Shown here: positions 47,359 through 57,017 of the stretch, piece after piece
Layout of the letters: the number at the start of each line of letters is the position of its first letter
Numbering within the stretch: the first letter of the stretch is position 1
The notes under the pieces: model-generated
Seen by the model: only the letters and a program-made list of their open reading frames with translations
Databases searched by the model: none
What the model was told of the DNA's origin: nothing
NCBI GenBank assembly: GCA_965215605.1
Contig: OZ244070.1
Coordinates: 2,240,001-2,304,000 of the forward strand
Reading direction: 5' to 3'
DNA: 64,000 bases
From: an uncultured Candidatus Binatia bacterium
GTDB lineage: Bacteria; Desulfobacterota; Binatia; UBA9968; JAJDTQ01
Position numbers and translations under genes: made by a program

Positions 47359-48120
47359 ATGCGGCGCCTTGAGATCATTGCCGTGGAGGGGCTCGGCGAG
47401 ATCGGGCCCGGCGATCCGCTGGGGCGGCTGGCGGTGGAGGCGTGCGAGCGCCAGGGGGCGCCGTTGCGGGACGGCGACGTGCTGGTGTTGGCGCAGAAGA
47501 TCGTGTCCAAGTCCGAGGGCCGCACCGTGGACCTGGGCGGCGTCACCCCGTCGGCGGAAGCCGCGCGGCTCTCGGCCGAGCTCGACGGCAAGGACCCCCG
47601 CCTGCTGGAGCTCATCCTGCGGCAAAGTCGCCGCATCGTGGCCAAGGGACGCAGCACCATCGTCGTCGAGACCCATCACGGCTTCGTGTGCGCCAACGCC
47701 GGCATCGACCTTTCGAACATCGGTACGGGCCGTGCGCTGCTGCTGCCGGAAGACCCGGACGGTTCCGCCCGGCGCATCCGGGACGAGGCGCAGCGCCTCA
47801 CGCGGACGGCGCTGGGCGTGGTCATCACCGACACCTTCGGACGTCCCTGGCGCCTGGGCACCACCGACGTCGCCATCGGCGTGGCCGGTTTCGGTCCCTT
47901 GATCGACTACCGCGGACAGATGGATCCCTACGGCTACGAGCTCAAGGCGTCGGTCACGGCGGTGGCTGACCAGATCGCCGGTGCGGCGGAGCTGGTCATG
48001 GGGAAGACGAGCCACCTGCCCGCCGCCATCGTCCGCGGCTGCGAGTTGCCGCGACACGACGGCACGGCCCAAGAGTTGATCCGACCGGCGGCGGACGACC
48101 TGTTCCGCGACGGCCGGTAA
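47359..48120 (+). CDS. cofE: F420-0:gamma-glutamyl ligase
   Basis: QKIVSKSEGR, ANAGID, LPEDPD, DTFGRPWRLG, ELVMGK. Confidence 0.94.
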   Translation: MRRLEIIAVEGLGEIGPGDPLGRLAVEACERQGAPLRDGDVLVLAQKIVSKSEGRTVDLGGVTPSAEAARLSAELDGKDPRLLELILRQSRRIVAKGRSTIVVETHHGFVCANAGIDLSNIGTGRALLLPEDPDGSARRIRDEAQRLTRTALGVVITDTFGRPWRLGTTDVAIGVAGFGPLIDYRGQMDPYGYELKASVTAVADQIAGAAELVMGKTSHLPAAIVRGCELPRHDGTAQELIRPAADDLFRDGR

Positions 48121-48123
48121 CCC

Positions 48124-48193
48124 GCCCTTCGACAAGCTCGGCACAATCCTTCGACCTCGCTTCACTACCCCTGTCCCGAGCCTGGCGAAGGGC
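48124..48193. repeat. REP-like hairpin between cofE and npdG
   Basis: GCCCTTCGACAAGCTCGG ... CCGAGCCTGGCGAAGGGC (16/18 complementary). Confidence 0.5.
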
Positions 48194-48223
48194 CTGATTT
48201 GTGGCACCCGACGCGAACATGCT

Positions 48224-48886
48224 ATGAGCCTTCCCATGCAAGACTCCATTTCAATCGCAATCGTGGGAGGGACCGGAAGTCTGGGAATGGGCCTGGCGGG
48301 ACGCTTGGCGCGGCCCGGCGTACGGGTGCTTATCGGCTCGCGGGACGCGCAGCGCGGCGCGGACGCGGCCAAGGATCTGAACGAGAGGCTGGGTACGGAC
48401 TTCGTGGAAGGCATGCTCAACGCCGACGCGGTCCGGGAAGCCGAGCTGGCCGTCATCTCGGTCCCCTATGAAGGCCAGGAGAAGATGGTGAGCGACCTGG
48501 CGGAAGAGCTTCGGGGCAAGATCGTCATCGACGCGGTGGTGCCGTTGCTCAAGGGCAGGCCGTTCGTGCCCGAGGCCGGCTCGGCGCTGCTGGAGGCGCA
48601 GAAGATCCTGGGCGACGGCACCCCGGTCATCGGCGCCCTGCACAACATCTCGGCCCTGGACTTGGGCGCCCCGGACGAACCCCTGGGCGACGTCCTGGTC
48701 TGCGGCGACAGCAGGGAAGCCAAGAATCGCGTCATCGAGTTGCTGGAACGCATCGGCGCCACCGGCCTGGACGCCGGCCCGGCGGCCAACGCCTACGTGG
48801 TGGAAGGGCTGACCGGCGTGCTGATCGCCCTCAACCGCCGCTACAAATCGAAACACGCCAGCGTGAAGATCACGGGAATCCATTAG
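48224..48886 (+). CDS. npdG: NADPH-dependent F420 reductase
   Basis: GGTGSLGMGLA, IGSRD, DAVVPL, ALHNISA, VEGLTGVLIALN. Confidence 0.9.
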   Translation: MSLPMQDSISIAIVGGTGSLGMGLAGRLARPGVRVLIGSRDAQRGADAAKDLNERLGTDFVEGMLNADAVREAELAVISVPYEGQEKMVSDLAEELRGKIVIDAVVPLLKGRPFVPEAGSALLEAQKILGDGTPVIGALHNISALDLGAPDEPLGDVLVCGDSREAKNRVIELLERIGATGLDAGPAANAYVVEGLTGVLIALNRRYKSKHASVKITGIH

Positions 48887-48908
48887 AACCGGATTCAGGA
48901 GGGGTGCC

Positions 48909-49976
48909 ATGAGCCTGCCTGTCATCGATGCCGACGGTCACGTGATCGAGGACGAGTCCATCGTCGATTACATCGAGGAACCCTACCGCAGCCAGGCGAG
49001 CAAGCGGATCCTGACGCGGGTCTTCCCCTCTCTGGACCATCATCACCTGGGGCTCAAGTACCTGAGCGAGGGCGCCTTCGGCGGCGGCAAACCCGTAACC
49101 CCGGCGGACTGGCGGTCGTTCGTGGAGGAGGCCGGGTTCGAGTGCAGCGTGCTGTACCCCACCTGGGGTCTCGCCATGGGCAACATCAGCATGCCGGACT
49201 GGGCATGCGCGGTGGCCCACGCCTACAACAGTTGGCTCTACGACCAGTATCTGAAGGACAACCCGCGGCTCAAGGGCATGGCGCTGATCCCCATGCAGGA
49301 TCCGCAGGAGGCGGTGAGGGAGCTGCGCCGGGCGGTGACGGAGTTGGGCATGCTTGGGGCCATGCTGCCCTCGCGCGGCCTGCCCATGGACCTGGGACAC
49401 AAGACCTACTGGCCCGTCTACGAGGAGGCGGAACGGCTGGGCTGCGGGCTGGCCGTCCACGGCGGGTGCCACCATGGCATGGGTCTCGACACCTTCGAGG
49501 CGTTCGTCCCCATCGCCGGGCTGGGCCACCCCTTCAGCCTGATGATCGCATTCTCCGGCATGGTCTACCACGGCGTGTTCGACCGCTTCCCGAACCTGCG
49601 GGTGGCGTTTCTGGAAGGGGGCGCCGGGTGGCTGACCTTCTGGATGGACCGCATGGACCGGTGCCACGAGTATTTCGGCGAGTGGAACTCCCACGGCAAC
49701 TACCACGGGCCCGATCCGGAGCATCTGCCCAGCCAGTACGGGCTCCTGGACAACGTGTTCGTGGGTTGCGAGGGTGGGGAGAACGGTCTCGACTACCAGG
49801 TCCAACGGGCCGGCAACGGGCGGTTCCTCTTCGCCAGCGACTTTCCGCACGAGATCGGCCCCGGCGACATCGGCCACGAGATCGCCGAGGTGGCGGAGAA
49901 CCCGACGCTCAGCGACGAGGCCAAGGCCGCGATCCTGGCGGACAACGCCCGCCGCTTCTACCGGCTGGGACAGTAG
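48909..49976 (+). CDS. Amidohydrolase_2 family protein
   Basis: IDADGHV, VLYPT, GVFDRFPNLRVAFLEGG, FASDFPH. Confidence 0.88.
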   Translation: MSLPVIDADGHVIEDESIVDYIEEPYRSQASKRILTRVFPSLDHHHLGLKYLSEGAFGGGKPVTPADWRSFVEEAGFECSVLYPTWGLAMGNISMPDWACAVAHAYNSWLYDQYLKDNPRLKGMALIPMQDPQEAVRELRRAVTELGMLGAMLPSRGLPMDLGHKTYWPVYEEAERLGCGLAVHGGCHHGMGLDTFEAFVPIAGLGHPFSLMIAFSGMVYHGVFDRFPNLRVAFLEGGAGWLTFWMDRMDRCHEYFGEWNSHGNYHGPDPEHLPSQYGLLDNVFVGCEGGENGLDYQVQRAGNGRFLFASDFPHEIGPGDIGHEIAEVAENPTLSDEAKAAILADNARRFYRLGQ

Positions 49977-50015
49977 CCGAAACGGCGCGGCGCGCCTTCA
50001 CGGCCTTGATCAAGG

Positions 50016-50648
50016 TCACTTCTTCCCGGCCGTGTCGGCGGCCGCATCGTCCAGGGCGTTGCCGCGCTGATACGCCTCGCGTCCGCTGAGCCTTGACCAG
50101 TACGTCTCGAAGGCCGGACGTTTCTCGATCATGTCGTATTGCATGCCCCAACCGATGTGCGACCCGACGTAGACGTCGGCGGCGGAGAAGGTTCCCCCGG
50201 CGACGTAGCCTCCGCCCTCCACGGCTTTCTCCAGGGTGTCCATCACCGTGGCGAAGTTGCCGTAGCCGACCATCGATTCCTTGTCCCGCGGCACGGCAAG
50301 GCCGAACGTGCGGTTGGTGACGGCCGCCTCCAGCGGACCGGCGGCGAAGAACAGCCAGCGGTAGTAGGCGCCGCGCTGCCCGCTTGGGGGCGCCAGCCCA
50401 GCGCTGGGGAAGGCATCGGCGAGGTAGGCGCAGATGGCCGCGCATTCGGTGATGACCGTGTCGCCGTGGCGGATCGCCGGCACCTTTCCCATGGGGTTGA
50501 TGGCCAGGTACTCCGGCGACTTCATCATCGGGCCGTACTCCACCACTTCGGTGCGGTAGGGGATCCCCAACTCCTCCAGCATCCAGCGCACGACGCGTCC
50601 GCGCGACATCGGGTTGGTGTAGAAAACCAGTTCCGCCGTCACCGTCAT
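50016..50648 (-). CDS. Glutathione S-transferase family protein
   Basis: NPMSRG, INPMGKVP, ITECAAI, FSAADVY; AAAGGAG RBS. Confidence 0.9.
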   Translation of the reverse strand: MTVTAELVFYTNPMSRGRVVRWMLEELGIPYRTEVVEYGPMMKSPEYLAINPMGKVPAIRHGDTVITECAAICAYLADAFPSAGLAPPSGQRGAYYRWLFFAAGPLEAAVTNRTFGLAVPRDKESMVGYGNFATVMDTLEKAVEGGGYVAGGTFSAADVYVGSHIGWGMQYDMIEKRPAFETYWSRLSGREAYQRGNALDDAAADTAGKK

Positions 50649-50679
50649 TCTCCTTTCAGTCCGAAAGCCATTCGCGGCT

Positions 50680-52248
50680 TCAGGCGTCCCCCGCCGGCAT
50701 GTACTTCCCCTCTTCGTCCAGCGTGATCTGCTTGCGTTCGTTGAGGCGTCCCACCAGCGCCATGACGGTGGCGAACCCTTCGTCCGGGAAGGCGTCGAGC
50801 AGCTCGCTGAAGGTGAGCCTCTTCTCGCCCAGCATTTCCAGGGTTCGTTCCGCCAGCCGCTCGATGGCGTCGTCGCCGGCAGTCGCCGGCCGGGGCGCGG
50901 CCGGCGACTCGCCCAGGTAGTCGTCCAGCGCGGCCTTGCCCTGGTTGTGGTAGACGATGCGGTTGTAGCGGTAGCGCGGCACGTTCTCGGGGATGGTGGC
51001 GTCGATGCCCATCTTGGCCGTGGTGGGGACGCCGTTGGCGCTGGGCGGGATGGACGGATCCAGCGGCTTCGAGCGGGCATTGGACAGGATCACCGTGTCC
51101 CGGTCCGCCTGCACGCGGGTGGCGATGGCCCACTCCACCTCCACCGGGTCGAAGATGTCGATGTCGTCGTCGGTCACCACCACGTACTTGATGTCGGCGA
51201 TGGACAGCAGCGCGGCGATGGCGTTCTTGCCGTCGCCGGGGCTCTTCTTGATGGAGGCCACGATGTGCCAGTGGCAGCAGCCTCCCGGCGTCACGTTGAT
51301 GGCGGTGACCTGAACGCCGGTCTCGGCCATCACGCGCCAAGCCGCCGCTTCGTAGATGGGCGCGCTCATCCACAGGTTCTCCCAGGGCATGTGCAGCGCG
51401 TAGTAGATGGGGTCGCGCCGGTGCAGCACGGACTTGATGTGGACGTTGGGGTTTCGGTGGGTGCCCCCCACCAGGCGCGAAAACTCGCCGAAGGGCCCCT
51501 CGGGATGCACCCAGCCCTCGGGAGGGATCTCGCCCTCCAGGACGATCTCCGAGCCGGCGATGAACGGCACCGGCCCGGCCACTCCGGGCGTCAGCTCCAC
51601 CGGGCGCCCGCCGAGGCCGCCGGCGAAGCCCAGCTCGTTGGTGCCCAGGGACGCCTTGAAGAGCGCCCCCATCAGCTCCCGCGGATGCACGCCGATGGAA
51701 ATGGAGATGGGCAGCGGGCGGTTCTCCGCCAGCGCCCGCCTGGTGAAGTTGTGGAGGTTGTTGGGCGTGACGATGTCGATGCCGGTGACGTTGCGCTCCT
51801 TGAGCATCAGGCGGTAGCAGCCGGCGTTCATGCCGTACTCCGGGTCCTCGGAGATGACCACCGCGGCGGTGATCATGGGCGCGCCGTCCAGGGTGGAGAA
51901 GATCGGCACCGGCAGCTTGAACAGGTCCACGTCGCCGTCCAGTTGCGTGAACTCCTTGACCGGAGCGTCCTCCACCATGACCGGGTCGATGGAGTTGGAC
52001 ATGGCCCACTGGAAGCGCTTGTGGATCTCGGGGTAGGGGGCGTCCAGGGCGAGGCCCAGGCGCTCCCGCTTCTGCAGCAGCCCGCAGGCCACCGGGATGG
52101 AGTAGCCCACGGGATTCTCGAACAGCAGCGCCCGGTCGCTCTGGTCCGTGAGCGCCGCCACGTCCCTCAGATCCACCGGCTTGCGTATGTCCAGCAGCTC
52201 GTCGTTGGCCCGCAAAAGCTCGATGTATTCCCGAAAGGTCCCGTTCAT
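50680..52248 (-). CDS. UbiD-family (prFMN) decarboxylase with C-terminal extension
   Basis: CYRLM, EGPFGEF, VVVTDDDIDI, VEWAIATR, KMGIDAT. Confidence 0.9.
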   Translation of the reverse strand: MNGTFREYIELLRANDELLDIRKPVDLRDVAALTDQSDRALLFENPVGYSIPVACGLLQKRERLGLALDAPYPEIHKRFQWAMSNSIDPVMVEDAPVKEFTQLDGDVDLFKLPVPIFSTLDGAPMITAAVVISEDPEYGMNAGCYRLMLKERNVTGIDIVTPNNLHNFTRRALAENRPLPISISIGVHPRELMGALFKASLGTNELGFAGGLGGRPVELTPGVAGPVPFIAGSEIVLEGEIPPEGWVHPEGPFGEFSRLVGGTHRNPNVHIKSVLHRRDPIYYALHMPWENLWMSAPIYEAAAWRVMAETGVQVTAINVTPGGCCHWHIVASIKKSPGDGKNAIAALLSIADIKYVVVTDDDIDIFDPVEVEWAIATRVQADRDTVILSNARSKPLDPSIPPSANGVPTTAKMGIDATIPENVPRYRYNRIVYHNQGKAALDDYLGESPAAPRPATAGDDAIERLAERTLEMLGEKRLTFSELLDAFPDEGFATVMALVGRLNERKQITLDEEGKYMPAGDA

Positions 52249-52374
52249 GGCTTTTCACCTCCAGACCGGCAACATAGCCAAGAGGTCAGGCCGCATCAAC
52301 CGGGCCGCCGCCCCGCCCGTTTGATTGACACCCGCGGGTCAACGAGGAATAGTGGACTCCATGTGGAGGCGGTC

Positions 52375-52623
52375 GTGATCGATCGACAATTACTCGGCAT
52401 CCTGGCCTGCCCCGAGACTCGGGAGGCGGTGTCGTTGGCCGACGAGGTCCTCGTGGCGAGCCTCAACCGGAAGATCGAAGCCGGGGATCTGGTCAACCGC
52501 GCGGGCGAGAAGGTCACTGAGCCCATCGACGGCGGGCTCGTCCGCGAGGACGGCCGGTACCTCTACGCCATCCGCGACGGCATCCCCGTCATGCTCGTGG
52601 AGCAGGGGATACCACTGGAATGA
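52375..52623 (+). CDS. Trm112-like protein
   Basis: GGAGG RBS + GTG; LLGILACPET..YAIRDGIPVML. Confidence 0.8.
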   Translation: MIDRQLLGILACPETREAVSLADEVLVASLNRKIEAGDLVNRAGEKVTEPIDGGLVREDGRYLYAIRDGIPVMLVEQGIPLE

Positions 52624-52695
52624 ACCGCCGGCGGCGTTCGTCAACACGCCGACCTTGACCTCTTTCCCCCCATGGGCTAGTCAATTCTTCTCCGT

Positions 52696-52782
52696 GCCGG
52701 AGTGGTGGAATTGGTAGACGCGCTGGACTCAAAATCCAGTAGGGGCAACCCTGTGGGGGTTCGAGTCCCCCCTCCGGCACCA
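52696..52782 (+). tRNA. tRNA-Leu(CAA)
   Basis: GCCGGAGTGGTGGAATTGGTAGACGCGCTGGACTCAAAATCCAG..GTTCGAGTCCCCCCTCCGGCACCA with long variable arm. Confidence 0.96.
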
Positions 52783-52994
52783 TGCATCACCTCCGGCACC
52801 TACGGCCGATAATGAACGCCGGATTTCTCAGGCTCACGCAGTTGACAAGTTGATCTCATGTCGGCGTCGAGGATTGCCAGGCCAAGGCCCCGGTTGGAGA
52901 CCGCAAGTGTTCATGGGCTTCGCTCTCACGGCCTTGTGCTTCGACACGGAATATGCGATTTGCTCACTTGAACCACGCTTCCACGGAGGTATTC

Positions 52995-53633
52995 ATGAGC
53001 ATCCAGTTGTACTACGCGCCCGTCACCTGCGCGATGGCGCCCTACATCACCCTGACCGAGGCCGGCGCGGACTTCGAGGTCAAGGCCCTGAACTTCCGGG
53101 CGGGACAGAACCGCACCGCGGAGTACATGAAGCTTAACCCCAAGCACAAGGTGCCGTTGCTGGTGGTGGACGGGAAGACGCTGACCGAGAACGTCGGCAT
53201 CCAGCTCTGGATCGCGCGCCGCTTTCCGGAGGCCCGGCTGCTGCCGCCGGATCCCTGGGACGAGGTCAAGGCGGTGTCGATGATGTCCTGGTGCGCGTCG
53301 GGCATCCATCCGTACCTCAGCCGCATCAATTCGCCGGCCAAGGTGTGTGACGTGGCGGAGACGGAGGAGAGCGTATCCCGCCTGGCGCGCGAATTTCTCG
53401 ACGAGGTATACGGCATCGCCGAGGACCTGCTGGAGGGGCGCGAGTACTTCTTCGACCACTTTACCGCGCCGGATGCACACTTCTTCTGGTGCGTGCGCCG
53501 CAGCACCCAGTTCGACGTCGACCTGGAGCCCTACCCCAACACCCGGGCCCATTTCGAACGCATGCAGACCCGCCCCAGCGTGCAGAAGCTGCTGGCGTTC
53601 GAGAAGGAAACACAGGCGTCGTTCGCGGCGTAG
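52995..53633 (+). CDS. Glutathione S-transferase family protein
   Basis: LYYAPVTC, LNPKHKVP, LTENVGI, FTAPDAH. Confidence 0.88.
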   Translation: MSIQLYYAPVTCAMAPYITLTEAGADFEVKALNFRAGQNRTAEYMKLNPKHKVPLLVVDGKTLTENVGIQLWIARRFPEARLLPPDPWDEVKAVSMMSWCASGIHPYLSRINSPAKVCDVAETEESVSRLAREFLDEVYGIAEDLLEGREYFFDHFTAPDAHFFWCVRRSTQFDVDLEPYPNTRAHFERMQTRPSVQKLLAFEKETQASFAA

Positions 53634-53691
53634 GGGGGCGGGGGAGGCACGTCTCGGCGCGATTGGACACGGCCAAGGTTGAAACCCGCCC

Positions 53692-56052
53692 CTACGCCCC
53701 TTTCGCGCGTCCTGCCGGCTTCGGCCGCACCAGCCACGCCCCCAGGGCCGGCAGCAGCACCACCGCGGCGATCATGTTCACCAGGAACATGAACATCAGC
53801 ACGATTCCCATGTCCGCCTGGAACTTGAGCGGGGCGATACACCAGGTGGCCACGCCCGCGGCCAGGGTGAGGCCGGTGAGCACCACGCCGGCGCCGGTGA
53901 TGTTGAGCGTTCGCTCGTAGGCGTCGTCGAAGTCGAGCCCCTGGTCGAGGTGGGTGCGCAGCCTGCCGTAGATGTAGATGGCGTAGTCCACCCCGATCCC
54001 CACCCCCAGGGCCACTACCGGCAGGGTCGAGATCTTGAGCCCGATCTCCAGGATAGCCATGAGCCCGTAGGCCAGCAGCGAGACCGCCGCCAGCGGCAAG
54101 ATGATGCATGCCGTGGCCGGCACCGAGCGGAAGGAGATCAGGCACAGCAGGATGATCCCGGCGAAGACGTAGCCCAGGATCGGGAACTGGGAGGCGTCCA
54201 CCTCCTCGTTGGTGGCTGCCATCACCCCGACGTTGCCGCCGGCGAGCCGGAAGCGGATGCGGTCCAGGGTGTTGCGGCGCTGGAATTCCTTGGTGGCGTC
54301 GACGACGCGCTGGATGGTTTCGGCCTTGTGGTCGGTGGTGTAGATTCGCACCGGCAGCACGCTGCAGTCGTTGTTGATGAGGCCGCTGCTGGTGGGCACC
54401 GGGGAGACGGACTGCACCAGGCTGTAGCGGTTCCGCGGCAGGGTGCGCCACTTGAGATTGCCCTCGTTCCAGCCGGCGTTGATATTGCGGGCCACGCTGG
54501 CGAGGCTCAGTACGGACTGCACGCCGGGCACGTTGCGCACGTGCCAGGTGAACTCGTCCAGGGTAGTGAGCACCTCGTAGTCGATGCAACCGTCCGGCAC
54601 CGTCTCCGCGAACACGGTGAGCATGTCGACGCCGATCTTGAAACGCTCGGTGATGGTGGCGATGTCGCGGTTGTACACCGACTCGGCCCGCAGCTCCGGC
54701 ACCCCCTGATGGCGGTCGCCCACCTCCACCTGCGCCGCGTAGTGCGCCCCCGCCGCCACCAATACCGCCGCCAGGCCCACGGTCACCGCCGCGGGACGCC
54801 GTCGCGCCAACCGCGCCACCCGTGACCACAGCGGTTGCAGCACGCTGTCGCGCGCGGCCGCGCCCCGCCGCTGTGCGTCGCTCATGCGAAAATACGAAAG
54901 CAGCACCGGCAGCAGCGCCAGATTGGTGAGAATGATGGCCACGATGCCCAGGCTGGCGGTGATGGCCGTTTCCCGGATGACCTGCACCTCGATGAACGAG
55001 ATGGTGATGAAGCCCACCGAGTCCGAGGCGAGGGCCACCGCGCCCGGCAGGAGCAGGCGCCGGAAGCTCGCCCGGGCGGCGTCCAGGCCGGCGGCGCCCG
55101 CTACCATCTCGGCGCGCACCGCGCTCACCATCTGCACCCCGTGGCTCACCCCAACCGCGAACACCAGGAACGGCACCAGGATGGACATGGGATCGATGCC
55201 GAAGCCAAGGGCGGTGACCGTGCCGAGCTGCCACACCACCGCCACCAGCGAGCACACCAGCGGCGGGATGGTCAGCCGCACCGACCGCGTGTAGACATAC
55301 ACGAACAGGGCGGTGATGAGGAACGTGATGCCGAAGAACGCGATGACCCGCGCCGCGCCCGCGGCGATGTCCCCCACCAGCTTGGCAAACCCGATGACGT
55401 GCACGTTCACGGCAGCGCTGGTCTGCGCCTTTGCGCGGACTTCTTCGAGCTGCCGCGCCACCTCGATGTAGTCGAGGCGTTGGCCGGTGTTGGGGTCGAA
55501 TTCCTGCAGCCTGCCGCTGACGACGGCGCCGGTGAAATCGTTGGCTACCAGCCGTCCGACGACTCCGGCCTTGATGGCGTTCTCGCGCACCCGTGCGAGG
55601 CCGGCGGCGGTGGGTTTGAAGCCCGCCGGCAACACGTTGCCGGCGATGACGCCGTCCTCCACCACCTCGATGAAGCGTACGTTGGGGGTGAGGATGGAGT
55701 AGACCTGGGTGCGGTCGATGCCCGGCAGGAAGAACATCGCGTCGGTGACCTGTTTCAGCGCGGTGAAGAATTCGGGGGTGAACATGTCGCCTTCGGGCGC
55801 CGTGAGGGCGATCACCACCTGGTCCGCGCTGCCGAACTGGTCCTGGTGCTTGAGGAAGGTCTGCATGTACTCGTGCTTGAGAGGCACGAGCTTGAAGAAG
55901 CCCGCGTCCACCCGCAACTGCGCCGCGTACCACCCCATGACCAGGGTGACGAGGGTGAAGGCGGCGAGCACGAGTTCGCGGCGGCCGAACAGCCACCGTT
56001 CGATGCGGGCCGTGAAAGGGTCGGGCAGCGGGCTTTCGGGTGCGTCCGGCAT
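53692..56052 (-). CDS. MMPL/RND family transporter
   Basis: Two TM bundles; LVFAVGVSHGVQ, GIGVDYAIY. Confidence 0.88.
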   Translation of the reverse strand: MPDAPESPLPDPFTARIERWLFGRRELVLAAFTLVTLVMGWYAAQLRVDAGFFKLVPLKHEYMQTFLKHQDQFGSADQVVIALTAPEGDMFTPEFFTALKQVTDAMFFLPGIDRTQVYSILTPNVRFIEVVEDGVIAGNVLPAGFKPTAAGLARVRENAIKAGVVGRLVANDFTGAVVSGRLQEFDPNTGQRLDYIEVARQLEEVRAKAQTSAAVNVHVIGFAKLVGDIAAGAARVIAFFGITFLITALFVYVYTRSVRLTIPPLVCSLVAVVWQLGTVTALGFGIDPMSILVPFLVFAVGVSHGVQMVSAVRAEMVAGAAGLDAARASFRRLLLPGAVALASDSVGFITISFIEVQVIRETAITASLGIVAIILTNLALLPVLLSYFRMSDAQRRGAAARDSVLQPLWSRVARLARRRPAAVTVGLAAVLVAAGAHYAAQVEVGDRHQGVPELRAESVYNRDIATITERFKIGVDMLTVFAETVPDGCIDYEVLTTLDEFTWHVRNVPGVQSVLSLASVARNINAGWNEGNLKWRTLPRNRYSLVQSVSPVPTSSGLINNDCSVLPVRIYTTDHKAETIQRVVDATKEFQRRNTLDRIRFRLAGGNVGVMAATNEEVDASQFPILGYVFAGIILLCLISFRSVPATACIILPLAAVSLLAYGLMAILEIGLKISTLPVVALGVGIGVDYAIYIYGRLRTHLDQGLDFDDAYERTLNITGAGVVLTGLTLAAGVATWCIAPLKFQADMGIVLMFMFLVNMIAAVVLLPALGAWLVRPKPAGRAKGA

Positions 56053-56058
56053 GGGCGG

Positions 56059-57017
56059 CTAATCGAGGATGGTGTGATACTCCGGCCGGGGAAGGCGCCG
56101 GACGCCGAACTCTCCGGTCAGCAGCACGTCGCCGCCGGCCAGCGGCAGCACCGAGGTGATCCCTTGGCGCGATGGAAGCCGCGTCGCCGATACGCTGCCG
56201 ACGCCGTCCCGGCTGGTGAGCAGGATGCCTTCGAGGCCGGTGATGAGCACCGTTCCGTCCGGCAGACGAACGGCGTTGGTGAGCGTCGCGGTGGTGCCGG
56301 TGGCCACCCGGGTCCAGCTCTCGCCGCCGTCCTCGGAGCGGAACAGATGGCCCCGGAGCCCATGCAGCAGGATCCGGTCCCCGTCGAGCACGAGGGCGCC
56401 GTACCACGAGCCGGCGTAAGGCGAGGGAAGCTCGCGCCACGTGTCGCCGCCGTCGTCGGAACGGTACACGACTCCCGCTTCCGCCGCCATGAACAGCCGT
56501 TCCGGCCCCGCGGGCACGATTTCGTTCAGGTGGAAATCATCCTTGCTGATGGCGCGGGAGGCCCAGGTCTTGCCGCCGTCCCGAGTGGCCAGGAAGTAGC
56601 CGTAGGCCCCAACCGCGAAACCGGTGTCCTTGTCCCGGAACCAGACGTCCAGAAGCGGCCGCTCCTCTTCCGGCGCGCGGTGCATCAGCCGCCAGTCGTT
56701 CCCGCCGTCGTCGGTGCGGAGGATCACCGCATCGTGTCCCACGGCCCAGCCGGTCTTGTGGTCGTGCATGTGCACGGCGGTCAGCAGCGCCCGGGTCGGG
56801 ACCTGTGCCTGTTTCCAGCTTGAACCGCCGTCGTCGGAGAGCAGGATGTATCCGCGCTGGCCCACCACCACCACACGAGGGCCGGCCGCGGCCGCGTCCA
56901 CCAGCAGGGACCTGGCGGCCAGCGGCGCTTCCACCGCAGGCTTGGCGCCGCCGGGGGCCGGCGCGGCGAGACACAGGATCAGGACCGGCAGGAGGGTGTG
57001 GGGCGCGCGGATGTCAC
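56059..57017 (-). CDS. YCF48/BNR-repeat protein (5' end possibly frameshifted)
   Basis: Repeated S/T-x-D-G-G-x-x-W Asp-boxes; in-frame ORF called only from 56934. Confidence 0.75.
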
